A stretch of DNA of 64,000 bases, from assembly GCF_006345805.1 (NCBI RefSeq), contig NC_043004.1:84072001-84136000 (forward strand). Reading direction: 5' to 3'. Made by a program: the position numbers and the translations under genes. This document shows positions 1 through 12,245 of this stretch, piece after piece; the first letter of the stretch is position 1, and every line of letters begins with the position of its first letter. The DNA is from Octopus sinensis. Lineage: Eukaryota. Under the pieces are notes generated by a model. That model ran no database searches. It was not told the DNA's origin and saw nothing but the letters and a program-made list of their open reading frames with translations.

Positions 1-282
1 CATGAATCTGTAGGTACGCGTACGTATGTGTATATACGTGAATGTATGTAGATGTACGTATGTATGAATATAACGCGTGCGTGCGTGTGCGTGTATGCGT
101 GATGCGTGTACGAATGAGTGAGTGTACGTGCTAATGAGTGTGGTGAGTGAATGAGTAATTGTATTCCAGTAGACGGATAAATGGTCTGGCTGTCATAGCC
201 AAGATGTTTGTGACCAAGCGGCCAAAGATAACAAAAGTAATAACGAAGATAATAAAATTAAAATTAGGGAATGGGTCTGTAT

Positions 283-346
283 TGTATATGTATATATATA
301 TATATATGTGTGTATGTGTAGGTATGCATGGGTACACATATGTATA

Positions 347-377
<31 letters not shown>

Positions 378-845
378 GTGTATGTATATATATATGTATG
401 TGTTGTGTGTGTATGGATTTGTGTGTATGCGTGTATGTGAGTATGTGTGTGTACGTGTATATATATATATATTTTTCTGTGTGTATATGTATGTGTGGTC
501 GTGTTGTGTGTATAATACATGTGTGTATACGTGTATGCAAGTGAGTGTGTGTATGTATACATATATATTGTATGTGAAGATTTGTATATGTATGTGTGAG
601 TTATATATGTGTGTATGTGTAGAGGTATAGTGAGAATCTCCTTATTTTACCTAAACCTCTATTCCCCCCTTTATATATATATAATATATATATATATATT
701 ATATATATATATATATATAATATATTTATTTTTTTATTTTTATTTTTATTTTTTTATATTTTTATATATTTTTTTTATTTTTTATTTTTATTTTTTATTA
801 TTTTATTTTTATTTTTATTTTTTATTTTTTTTTTATTTTTTTTTT
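283..845. repeat. Compound microsatellite (TA)n/(TG)n/(TGTA)n followed by a (TTTTTA)n-like T-rich tract
   Basis: Directly visible; explains the overlapping IY/CV ORFs. Confidence 0.95.
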
Positions 846-990
846 ATTCTCCTATCTAATTTAACACTGACTCCTTGACCACTCCCCCAAGTATGATTTT
901 TTGCGCTATGCCTACCCCCAAAAAGTCCCCCACAACACCCCTTTAAACCTGCCTAAATGTATATAAATGCCAATACAATTCTTGTTAACT

Positions 991-1041
991 AGCTTCCTGA
1001 AGATTTCTCTTGAATGAAACAGTTCTAGTCCTGTAGAAGCT
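991..1041 (+). ncRNA. Type I hammerhead ribozyme motif at the 3' end of a putative Penelope-like element
   Basis: agcttc-CTGAAGA-tttc tctt gaat-GAAACAG-ttctagtc-CTGTA-gaagct: 6-bp stem I, intact core, 4-bp stem III, GUA cleavage triplet; stem II short with a U-U first pair. Confidence 0.8.
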
Positions 1042-1051
1042 CCTTCTATAT

Positions 1052-1052
<1 letters not shown>

Positions 1053-1143
<91 letters not shown>

Positions 1144-1177
1144 CATTATATATATATATTCTTTATTTATATATATA
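1053..1177. repeat. (TA)n microsatellite
   Basis: Long, nearly pure TA run directly after the hammerhead-bearing end. Confidence 0.97.
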
Positions 1178-1179
1178 GT

Positions 1180-1535
1180 GTAGGCTCAATGGCCCAGTGG
1201 TTAGTTCAGCGGACTCGCGCTCGAAGGATCGCGGTTTCCGTTCCCAGATCCGGTCTTGTGAGAGTTTATTCAGCAAAAACACCTCCGGCAGGGTTATTTG
1301 GCAAACACTGCTTTACTCTTCCACCACAAACTTCTCTCATTCTTTCTTCCTATTTCTGCTGTACCTGTATTTCAAAGGGCTACCCTTGTAACACTCTGTG
1401 TAACGTGGAATCTCCCCGAGAACTACGTGAAGTGTACACGTGTCTGTGGAGTGGTCAGCCACTTGCACTAATGTCAAAGCGTTTCCGTTGATCGGATCAG
1501 CAGGAACATTCGTCGTCGCAAACGACGGAGTGCCA
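1180..1535 (+). mobile_element. tRNA-derived SINE (body A + tail X)
   Basis: A-box-like tggcccagtggttag and B-box-like ggtttccgttccc; colinear with the copy at 28484-28866. Confidence 0.85.
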
Positions 1536-1809
1536 CGGCATGTATATTGTATATACATATATATATGTATAAATATATATGTGTGCGTGTGTCTATGTGT
1601 GTACATGAATACACGCATACACACACACTTATTTTTAAGTGAGAGTGTAAGAAAGACACATGTTTATCGAATATTTTATTACTATTTGTAAAAATCTATA
1701 TGTTGCTTTAATAATATTATTTTCTAATTTCTCTATATATTTAAGACTTGAAATCTCATATCACGGATATCACAGGTTTTCTGCTGCATTATTATTTTTT
1801 TCTACTCTA

Positions 1810-2437
1810 GGAACGGGGCTCGCAATTTTGAGAGAGGTGGACATTCGATTAGATCTACCACAGTACGCAATTGGTACTTAATTTATTGATTCCGAAAGGA
1901 TGAATGGCAAAGTCGACCTCGGTGGAAATCCAACTCAGAACGTAAAGACAAATGAAATACCTATTTCTTTACTACCCACAAGGCGCTAAACACAGAGAGT
2001 ACAAACAAGGACAGACAAATGGATTAAGTCGATTATATCGATGCCAGAGTGTAACTGGTTCTTAATTTATCGACCCCGAAATGATGAAAGGCAAAGTCGA
2101 CCTCGGCGGAATGTGACCTCAGAACGTAACGGCAGACGAAATACCCCTAAGCATTTCGCTCGGCGTGATAACGATTCTGCCGGCTCACAATCCTTAAGAT
2201 ATATATATATCTTTACTACCCACAAGGGGCTAAACGCAGAGGGGACAAACAAGGTCGGACAAACAGATTAAGTCGAGTAAATCGACCCCATTGCGTAACT
2301 GGTACTTAATTTATCGACCGCGATAGGATGAAGGGAAAAGTCGACCTCGGCTGAATTTGAACCCAGAATGTAACGGCAGACGAAATACGGCTACATATTT
2401 CGCTCAGCGTGCAAACGTTTCTGCCAGCTCGCCGCCT
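1810..2437 (-). mobile_element. tRNA-derived SINE cluster with Deu/Nin-like central domain in tandem units
   Basis: gtcgacctc anchors at 1912, 2096 and 2340; reverse complement of the element at 37320-37920. Confidence 0.85.
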
Positions 2438-2464
2438 TTCTGCCATATTATTGTTATTCGTCTT

Positions 2465-3680
2465 TGAAAAGCTGGTAGAATCGATAAGCACGTCAGGCAA
2501 AATGCTTAGTTCACTTCATTTCGTCCGTCTTTGTATTCTGGGTTCAAATCCTGATAGACCGATTTCATTTTTTCAGAGGCTTTTAATGGAGCTCCAATTG
2601 AACTTACCCTACAATTGCTATTTTTGTGGCAACATTAGAAACTGTTGTCATCCCTCTGCGATTGCTTACGTTGGTATCGACCGAATTTGCAAGTGCGTAG
2701 ACTACCAGTGTCTCACCGCAAACCAATGCTTCATACTTCAATTTTTCACACAAAAAAGGTCTATTATTTAAATTGGTAATTTATCTCATAAAATAAAAGT
2801 TACATTTAAAATGGGCGTCTGACTTTACAATAAAGAATACAAAATATTTCAAGCGTAGTGAAGTCATTCTAACCCACAGTTTCATTTTGTTTTCCATACT
2901 AAAGAGGAATTCGTAAGCTGTAACACTTATACGGTTTATTCTGTACTAAACTGTAATCAGGCAGGCATGTAATATTTTAATGTGACAAGGCGATGAGCAA
3001 GCAGAAACATTAAGTACCATTTGCCTACTAATGTCGCTTTGATCTACTGGACCCCTCACCATAAATTTCGGACCTTGTGCCTAAAGTAGAAAATAATATT
3101 TTAATGTGTCCTCTCTGTTTATATCGTGTAGACAGTGGTTGTCATATGAAGCATAGCGTATGAGCATTTAGAGGCTTCTCCTTGGCAGCAAAAGTTTCCT
3201 CTGTGTAATACGCCAGAAATTAATTTAGAATTCTGATATTATTTCAGATATAAAACTTTAGATTCCAACATAACAATACTAACATAAATCGATTAAAATT
3301 TTGGCAGAAGACTAGCAATTTCGGGGGAGAGATTACTCCAAATCAGTTCTTCCCAGTGCTCAATTGGTATTTATTTTATTGTTCCAGAATTGATGAAGGG
3401 CATAGCGGAAATCGAACTCAGAACGTAAGAGCTGGCGAAAAGCTCTTAAAAAATTTATAATGTCTGTCGTGTATACTAATTATGGTATCGAATTTAGACA
3501 CAAGGGCAGCATGTTCGTGTGTGCCGGTAACATGCTAAAGTAATATTATTTCATTATTGACCCCGAAATGATTACAAGCCAAGTCAACATCGACTGAGTT
3601 TGATCTGACAGCTACAAAACGGACGAACTACCGCCAAATATTTTGTTCTGTGCGTTTACGGTTGTGCCATCTCACCGCTT
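2465..3680. mobile_element. Several degenerate fragments of the same Deu/Nin-like SINE family
   Basis: Head-like pieces near 2470 and 2990 (+); body pieces near 3295-3450 and 3490-3680 (-). Confidence 0.55.
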
Positions 3681-3955
3681 TAATAATAATAAAATAATAA
3701 TAATGATAATGATAATAATACTAATACTAATAATAATAATAATACTAATACTAATACTAATAATAATACTAATACTACTAACAGTAATAATAATAATAAT
3801 AATAACAATAACAATAATAATAATAATAATAATAATGATAGTAATAATAATAATAATAACAATAACAATAACAATAATATTAATAATAATAATAATAATA
3901 ATAATAACAATGATGATGATGATGATGATGATGACGACGATGATAATAATAATAT
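3681..3955. repeat. (TAA)n / (TACTAA)n / (TGA)n compound microsatellite
   Basis: Directly visible; source of the poly-I and poly-L ORFs. Confidence 0.97.
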
Positions 3956-4543
3956 CTGCAATTACACTGGATATATTTCTTATCGAAATACATATCTTTT
4001 ACATTGGATAGTCTTGTCTGTCAGATATGTTTTCGTTTCTGGCTCATAATTTACACCAATGATATTAGTTCATAGTATGTGTACGAGGAGCATACTTTAT
4101 GACAAGAAAACCAATTCACCATGCGGCAAACACATATAAACTCTCTTTGATTGTTATGATTTATTTGCATAGCACACGCAAGATTAACTATAATTTTCTT
4201 TGCATTTATCAAATGTCATTAATCTTAGACGATTTAATTCATATTTTCTGTTTTTCTGAGACATTTATTCAATGATCATGGCTAATGAAAAGAAATCAAA
4301 GAGGATTCAAACAACAAACTGAATTCTGTATTTATCTCACACATCTTATTCATCTGAGTTAAAACTGCTTGTGTGATACCTCAATTATATGAATATACAT
4401 ATATTTTACACGATCAGTAGATATGCACTTAACTATGTGTATGTATACACAGACACATACATAATTAGATAGATAAATTAATGTTTATAAAAGTGTGTAG
4501 ATAGACAGACATTCACGCAAAACCACAAATGCAGACTTTCAAG

Positions 4544-4626
4544 ATGGTGGTGATGATTTTGGTGGTGGTGGTGGTGGTGGTGGTGGTGATACTGATCGTG
4601 GTGGTAGTATTGATCGTGGTGGTGGT
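4544..4626. repeat. (GGT)n microsatellite
   Basis: Directly visible. Confidence 0.95.
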
Positions 4627-6459
4627 CTTTTGGAGAAGATTCGTCTTTGGATTACAGGAATTCACTAATTTCATCGATCGAATAAACTGCCCCTTGATTA
4701 ACTTGGGGAAAGACTGTCCCTTAACGAGAAAATTTAGATTACATTCCATTGGTGAGCATTTACACACTCTCTTACGGAGGAGCTTCATATCCCTTCAAAT
4801 AATATAACTGCCTTGAGTGCAAAGGCTGGAAACGATTTCAACCGAGACACCCATATGAAATAAGGAAGTAGATTTGGCTCGAGGAAAAGGCACTTCAAGC
4901 CTTAAGGTTTCTGGTGAAGAGTACGTTTTCCCTTTTTTTATCCTTTCTACATTTGCATTTTGAGTACAGTTGCATAGAGTGGCCACCACAAAGCATCTAA
5001 GACAAACGAAGTAAGACATCGCTAAAGTGTCTGATGATGCCTCCTAATTCATACTTTGGAAGTAAACCTGAACATTTTACCTCAAAACATTAATAGATAC
5101 ATTTTACTAAATTATATTCAGTGATCGTTGAATTAAATGATAAATTGTTTATATCTATAACTATATATAAAACAAAATACTTTTTTTTCTAAATTGGGCA
5201 GTCTGTATAAACTGAAAAGAAAATACAACTTCCGGTTCAAACATTAAAGTATTATAAAAATCCAAAAACAACAAGTCTATTATAACTGGAATATAAAAGT
5301 TTAATAAAGAGGTACATTCCGCTTCCACTATTGGCTCAATACTACTTTAGAACACGTGTATTCATTCCTCGTGTATCCTTAGGAATATCTTTGAATGCCT
5401 CTTCATCTTCGCCATCAACTCTAGGAAATATGAATGGTCGAAAATGGGGCTGGTCAATTCGATAAAATTCTGCAGCGACCACCTCTATGTCTTCCCAGGG
5501 GTATGGCCATTTGGCTGAAATCTTCTCCAGCAAGGGTTTGACAACACTGTACAGCATCTTATCAGTTGTTAGATGAATTCCGCCGTGCCGACAGAGGCAG
5601 AACGCATTCCGTGTCCCTTCTTCCTGGCCACGGATTCGTAGTCCCTGTTGCAGTTGTCAATGACAACTCTCTCAACCATTACCGGGTTCACAGTGCATCC
5701 TCACGTGAATAATTATGCTAAAAGTAACTCGTTTTCAATAATCTTAAGACTTCATTTTAATCCTGACGCTCTCCAATATCGCAGAGTATTCACCGATTTA
5801 TCATCCTGCTACTGAAGGAAACGTAACTGAACATTTGACGAATTTATACTGAACTCTCTGTGTACATGTGTGTGAATGTCTGTAAAGCGAATATTTTTGT
5901 GAGTATAAATACTGATATTAATAGACATATATATAGACAGGTAGACAGAGAGAGAGAGAGAGGGGGGATATATATATATATATATATATATACATAAATA
6001 CATGCATTCATACATATATTTCTATATACAAATATACGGAGGTACATGTCAACACGTCAAAACTATTATAAATGTCTACAAACGGTTACTTTCTTAATAA
6101 TGTAGTTTGTAAATTATACTCACATAACCACATACACATGTTTCACTCACATTTTATGTACGAAAGCATGCAATTCAGTCTGTTTGATAGAAATTATTTT
6201 GTTCTGTGACTATGTTTGTATAGGCGTGAGAGAGTGGCCGAAAAAGACGGAGAATACGTCTATATGTGAGTGTGCGAGTTTGAGTGCGAGCGTGAGAAAA
6301 AGACACTTGTTTATTCTTGAAAGTATATTGTAAAAAATCTTATCAAAAAGACATGTACTAGGTGTAGGTTAATTCCATTTCACAGACGCAACTTCATTTC
6401 TTAAGAATCGATCGTGCTTCAATATTTAATAATATTCCTTGCTATTCAAATCTAGAAAT

Positions 6460-6631
6460 ACATATATACCTGCATAGGAACATATACATATGCATGCAAG
6501 TATACATACATACATACATACATATACACACACATATATATATGTATATATATTTATGTAATATATGTATATATATATATATATTGATATCTGTTTATAT
6601 ATATATATATGTATGTATTATATATATATAT

Positions 6632-6666
<35 letters not shown>

Positions 6667-6716
6667 AATGAATGTCTGTATATGTATATATACATAAACG
6701 TATGTACATGTACTCC

Positions 6717-6788
<72 letters not shown>

Positions 6789-6820
6789 TTATTCATGCAT
6801 GTGTGTATGTATATATCTAT
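6460..6820. repeat. (TA)n/(TACA)n compound microsatellite
   Basis: Directly visible. Confidence 0.95.
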
Positions 6821-8047
6821 GCATGTATCGCAATAAAGTAATCGCTTATTTTTCCATCAGTGGCAGACATTTTATTTTTATTTCTTTTCTGCACGAAATA
6901 TCATTAAGTAGACTAATTTCCTCATGTTACGTCTGCTATAAAGGGAAATATCATTAACTGTATCTAAAGAATCGACGAATATTTATTAGATTCCGTCGTC
7001 CTCATTTTTGTTACGATTTTTTAAATATAATTTAAAATCTGGATATTGTGATTCATATTATCTCCAATACTACAATTCTAAATTTTTAACATCGACAAAA
7101 CAACTCGATAAAATTTTATTCGATTAATTTTCATGCGCTGCAATCTATTCTGCGTCTTTCGTGACACTTACCACAGCTTCCTTTAACACTCTTAAGGAAG
7201 ATAATCCGAGTAATTTCCTAATGTGTCTGAATGAATATTAACTGAAGAGCCCTTTGCAGGTGAAACTAAGATATGGTTATATATTACGATTCTTGTTAAA
7301 TTAACTCAATACATAAGAGCAATGTTTCGAATTAACTCCTCCGATATCAACTTTATTTTTCATCTGATATGACAATAACAAGATTTCAGTGTGTTGAACC
7401 GGAAGTTTTCAAATTTTTACCTCGTTGTTCGCCATCGACATTGGATCGCACCATAGATCCCATTCCATCACCTACGCCATTTTCTTTCCTTTTTGTTAAA
7501 CCTTTAGTCCTTAGGGAGATATTTTCATAAGAACATCCACAGCGGAATTACACCAGAAGCGATGGTACGAAGAAGAATGAAGTAACTATTTCAAAATTTT
7601 AACGGTTTATTCTTTATGGTTTATGAAATGATGATGGGTAAATTGATGTTGGTGATATTAACATTCAGAGCGCAGGAACCCGGCAAGGATTGTTGGTGAT
7701 GCTCTATCGGTTTGTCTTTTGCAGTGTTGTCTATTTCAGTTGCCCAAATGATCCCATTCCGATTTATGCAGCATTTAATATCAACACGGCAAAGTGTCAT
7801 TTGTGAAGAGTTATATGAAATGCGAAATTAAGATAGATTTGCGTAACCAAGATATGTCACTATTGTAGTTAGCGTGCAATTGTTTTTATCTATAACTATT
7901 AGTATATATCCCTTTATACATCCAATGGCGCTATTATTTTGTATGTACATATATATATATAATATTATATATATTTATATACATGCAAACAGGCACACAC
8001 ACACCACACACACACACACACACACACGCACACACACACACACAACG

Positions 8048-8090
<43 letters not shown>

Positions 8091-8100
8091 TATATATATA

Positions 8101-9290
8101 TTTAATCAATATAGGGTAGCAAAAATTCAATAGAAATTTTTTCGCCACCAGCGGTCTAGTGAGAGAGAGAAAATAGTCAGAAACTATATATATAAATTCA
8201 ACAACAATTGAGGAACGGCCTCAAATAGGCCATTCCATCCACTAGAAAGAGCAGCCAGGACTCAAACCGCAAAGTAATAGTAATTCAGAAATTAAAGGAA
8301 AATTAAAAAACATTTACCCTAATCATCCTTAGACAATGCATTGTTTCAATGTTTTTAATGGCATACCAGCCCAATTAAATTAAATTAAACTGAATTAAGT
8401 CGATCTACCAAAGGCCACATCTCATCGGTAAAGAAGCCAGGAGAGACAGACATACACGAGGCAGTAGTATCTATGCTTCGGGAATGTCTGCCCTAAAATT
8501 TTCAAAAACTATCGTAATCGCGCCAAACTTAGCAGCAAATATAAACTGCTGATTTAATTTCAGAATTAGTCAGAAAATCATCTCTCACTAGACCGCTGGT
8601 GGCGAAAGAATTTCTATTGAATTTTTTGCTACCCTATATTGATTAATTGATGATTTTCTGACTACTTCTGAAATTAAATCAGCAGTTTATATTTGCTGCT
8701 GATAAGTTTGGCGCGATACTCCATTGACAATCTGAGGAAGCAATATCCACGTAATGGATTGTTAAAGACAATCCTGATGCCAACTGGGTTTAACTGAATA
8801 TATTGATTTTTCGTTTGTTTCAATGTTTGAGTATTATCCACATGTGGCTACTTTAGGTTGACATGTCGTCGGTAACGGTAAGTCTAAGTCGGAGTTTATA
8901 ACAGAATTTGAATAAATGGCTATGTTGATAATCAGGTTTGCGGGATGCTGTCAACATTTTAGAATAACGTAAACTAGGAGAGTTGTTAAGAGCGATGGTA
9001 CTATTATTTTCCGGATCTGATTGGGGTTCTATATAAGGATTTATATGTTCAATCCACTGCCCTCGAGGTTTACTACTATTGAGAGCAGCTATGATAGATC
9101 TAAGGTTAGGTGTGGTGGAGTATGAAAGTTTTATTGAGTGTTTATTGAAAATAGAGTAATACTTGTGCTGTGGCGGAAAGTTTGATTTTAAGATTTTAAA
9201 AGTAATTTTAGTAATGATCCAACCTGGAGGATGAAGGATGGTGTGAGCAATATGTTTACACGATTTCTGGAGGTGGACAGCGTATTTGTA
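8101..9290 (-). mobile_element. Penelope-like retroelement remnant with internal inverted duplications; 3' end abuts (TA)n
   Basis: Minus-strand translation ~9215-9075 ITKITFKILKSNFPPQHKYYSIFNKHSIKLSYSTTPNLRSIIAALN resembles the PLE RT-endonuclease linker (HFP..H....IFN...K.SYS..PN); hammerhead-like motif in the 3' part; inverted pairs 8102-8168/8581-8646 and 8517-8580/8651-8717. Confidence 0.75.
8327..8433 (-). ncRNA. Hammerhead-like motif, C4 core variant
   Basis: Minus strand: cttta-CCGATGA-gatgt...acatt-GAAACAATGCATTGTC-taagg; palindromic helix III, long loop II. Confidence 0.6.
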
Positions 9291-9828
9291 TAATCTTAAT
9301 ATATATTCTCAGTGTATTTGTATTGATATATTTGTATATTTTAATGTATTTTTAATGTATTTATATATGTATATATTTTTATTGTATATATACATATATA
9401 TATATATATATGTTTGTATGTATGTATGTATGCATATATGCATGCATGCGTGTATGTATGTATGTATGTATGATGTATATATGTATGCATGGTGGTGGAT
9501 ATATGTCAGTATTTACAAGCGTAATCCATCATGGAGAACAGATGCAAAGCCGTCTCCATCAGGATATAAACAGCCTTCTGTTGGCTTACGTATCAAAATA
9601 AACCTCAGAATAGTTACTTATACAAAAGTACAGTGACGCGCAAACTTCTTATTTCAAACTCTGTGTTTAGGTACATACATGATCTTGGGTATATTACAAA
9701 CACTGATACACACGTACATTTACAGATACAAAAAATGAAAAGATTAAAATAAATACAAACTAAAGAACTAAGAAAGCCTGTAAAAGTTACAACTAAAGAT
9801 ATAACCAAGTTTTTAAAAAAATATTTTA

Positions 9829-10085
9829 CGGAGATACACTTGCAAAGCAAGTGACCTTATCTGAGATCGTGTACTGAAATAAAAACAATTGCAGCGTGGA
9901 CTTTTTTCATAAGCAATTTAAAAACATACAAAAACCTGCTTCACCATGGAAATTTGTCATTGAACAAGTCGCGGTCTCAAACCGACGAAAATATTTTGAG
10001 AAATTAACTTGAAATGTTGAAGTGAATCTAACGTTTTTTTCTGTTTTCAAATGGTTTATAAACATCATCCATGCTGCATTTATTA
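9829..10085. mobile_element. Head-to-head pair of PLE-like end fragments (same family as 11483-11685)
   Basis: 9829-9937 aligns with 11483-11590 in the same orientation; 9953-10080 is the reverse complement of ~11545-11670. Confidence 0.7.
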
Positions 10086-10799
10086 AACCGGTTCTACATA
10101 TTTCAACGTGGATTTCCTGTTTAGCGATGTTTCCCAGACAAGCAGTAATCCTTTGCATAGCATAAGTCTTCAATGTTCATTTTGTACGTGTGCTTTTGTA
10201 AGCTAAAACGGTCAGGTATAAATGACATTTTAGTTTAATGTAAGTATGATTAATACAGCTCTGTGAATACTGAATCAAGAAGTATTATTTGTTGTTCGTA
10301 TATTGTTTTCATGTTAGGTGGCATCATTCCAGATTAGATTCTGACATTGGTATATGTCACATATGTCTTGCAATATCATATATGAAAATCATAGTATCAC
10401 TAGTTTAGAAGTCACAAGTTGAATAATAGTTGAATAATAGCATATAACGACCACTGTATGCATGGGAAATATAACGAAGCAGGTTTGAATTGTCTGTTAA
10501 ATTTTGTAAAAGGAAGACAGTAAGAAAAACAAGAAGAACGAAGAAACGCTTTAATTAAGAATGCACAGATGTTTTCAGACATCACACAAATACTAATTAC
10601 ATATCATTCAGGTAACACGCCGTAGAAAATATAGTTCTATAAAGATGCTTCAGGTCAGTAAACTAAATATCCGTGGAAAACAATAATGCTTTGAATTAAA
10701 CATTTGATTTAAAAATTTTGTATCGGTAGGTACCTGTTCTTCTTGGAGATTAGAAAATTTGTTAATTACATTAATGTATTATGCCCGAGAACGCTAATG

Positions 10800-11150
10800 A
10801 CAAACTTGTATACTTTCTAAGTAAATATTAACTGCAATGATGTGAACAAATAGCTTGCATCCCCACATCCATAACCCCAAAACAGATTTCCCGCAGTTGG
10901 TTTCCGGACACGTGGTGGACAAAAAAACATTCTCAAGGTTACCTTGAGGAGCGTACGTCAGAATATTTTGCAGAAGATCGATCACTGCGGCGGAGTGCTG
11001 TGTACACTGTAGAATAGATCTCAAAATCAGAGATTTTCAGAGAGTCTAAAGAGATGAACAATGCAGGGAATATAAATGTCCCATCGTATGCTAATACTCC
11101 TATTACGTGTTCGCACTCCATCTGTGGATTTTATGATAATATTGTCCTAG
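10800..11150 (-). mobile_element. Possible decayed hAT transposase fragment
   Basis: Broken minus-strand motifs in hAT order: TD.WS...Y....H, QHSAAVIDLLQNIL, GC..FVHI(L)QLI. Confidence 0.35.
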
Positions 11151-11382
11151 GAAACCAAATTAGGACTCAAAATGAGTAAAGCTGGTTATCTTGTCATCTT
11201 CAGTTAGCTGAAGAATGAAAACTTATTAAGAGATTATGAACTTCATAGCCGCAGAAGTGATTATGTGGTAAGTGACTTAAAGAATTTAGAAGAGAAAATT
11301 ATTTATGTATATAAGTGTGTGTGTGTATACATACATATACATACATATATATACACACACACACACCACACATATATATATA

Positions 11383-11473
<91 letters not shown>

Positions 11474-11482
11474 ATATATATA

Positions 11483-11685
11483 GGGAGATGTACTCGCATA
11501 GCAAGTAATTTGATCTGAGATCGTGTGCTGAAACGAAAACAATTGCAGCGTGGAAGGTGTTTATAAGCCATTTAAGAAACACGCAAAAGCCGTTCGATTC
11601 ACTTCAACATTTAAGTTTAATTTGACAAAATATTTTCGTCGCTAAAATCCGCGACCTGTTCACTGACAAAGTCCGTGCTGCATCT
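11483..11685 (-). mobile_element. ~200-bp PLE-like end embedded in (TA)n, with variant hammerhead-like motif
   Basis: (TA)n on both sides; second copy at 9829-10085; motif at 11621-11670. Confidence 0.65.
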
Positions 11686-11689
11686 TGTT

Positions 11690-11744
<55 letters not shown>

Positions 11745-11747
11745 ATA

Positions 11748-11787
<40 letters not shown>

Positions 11788-11802
11788 ATATATATATACA
11801 TA

Positions 11803-11942
11803 GGTGTCAGTGTGTAAGCGCGGGTTCACTCCCACTGTGGCACCTCAGGCAAGTGTCGTCTACTATCGCCTCGAGCCTACCAATTCCTTGTGAGTGGATT
11901 TAGTAGACGGATAGTGAAAGAAACTGAAAGAAGATTGTCATA

Positions 11943-12010
<68 letters not shown>

Positions 12011-12245
12011 TGTGTGTGCATGTATATATGTATATGTTTGTGTGTCTGTGTTTGTCCCTCCCAACATCGCTTGACAACTGATGTTGATGTGTTTACATCC
12101 TCGTCACTTAGTGGTTCGGCTAGAGACCAATAGAATAAGTACTAGGCTTACAGGGAATAAGTCCTGGAGTCGATTTCCTCGACGAAAGGCGGTGTTCCAG
12201 CATGGTCGCAGTCAAATTACTGAAATGAATAAAACAATAAAAGAA
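11803..12245 (+). mobile_element. tRNA-derived CORE-like SINE with internal (TA)n(TG)n
   Basis: gggttcactccc B-box-like; ggcacctcaggcaagtgtcgtctactatcgcctcg resembles the CORE domain; homologous to 32888-33350. Confidence 0.8.

Noticed and set aside
7234-7290. CTGAAGA-gcc..ggt-GAAAC hammerhead-like string
   Set aside because: Stem I cannot be paired in register after the GUH site; at best a decayed motif
11204-11230. CTGAAGA-at-GAAA
   Set aside because: No room for stem II; likely chance
11370-11480. Recurrent AA/TT phase shifts within (TA)n tracts
   Set aside because: Cannot be separated from sequencing or consensus error and ordinary slippage
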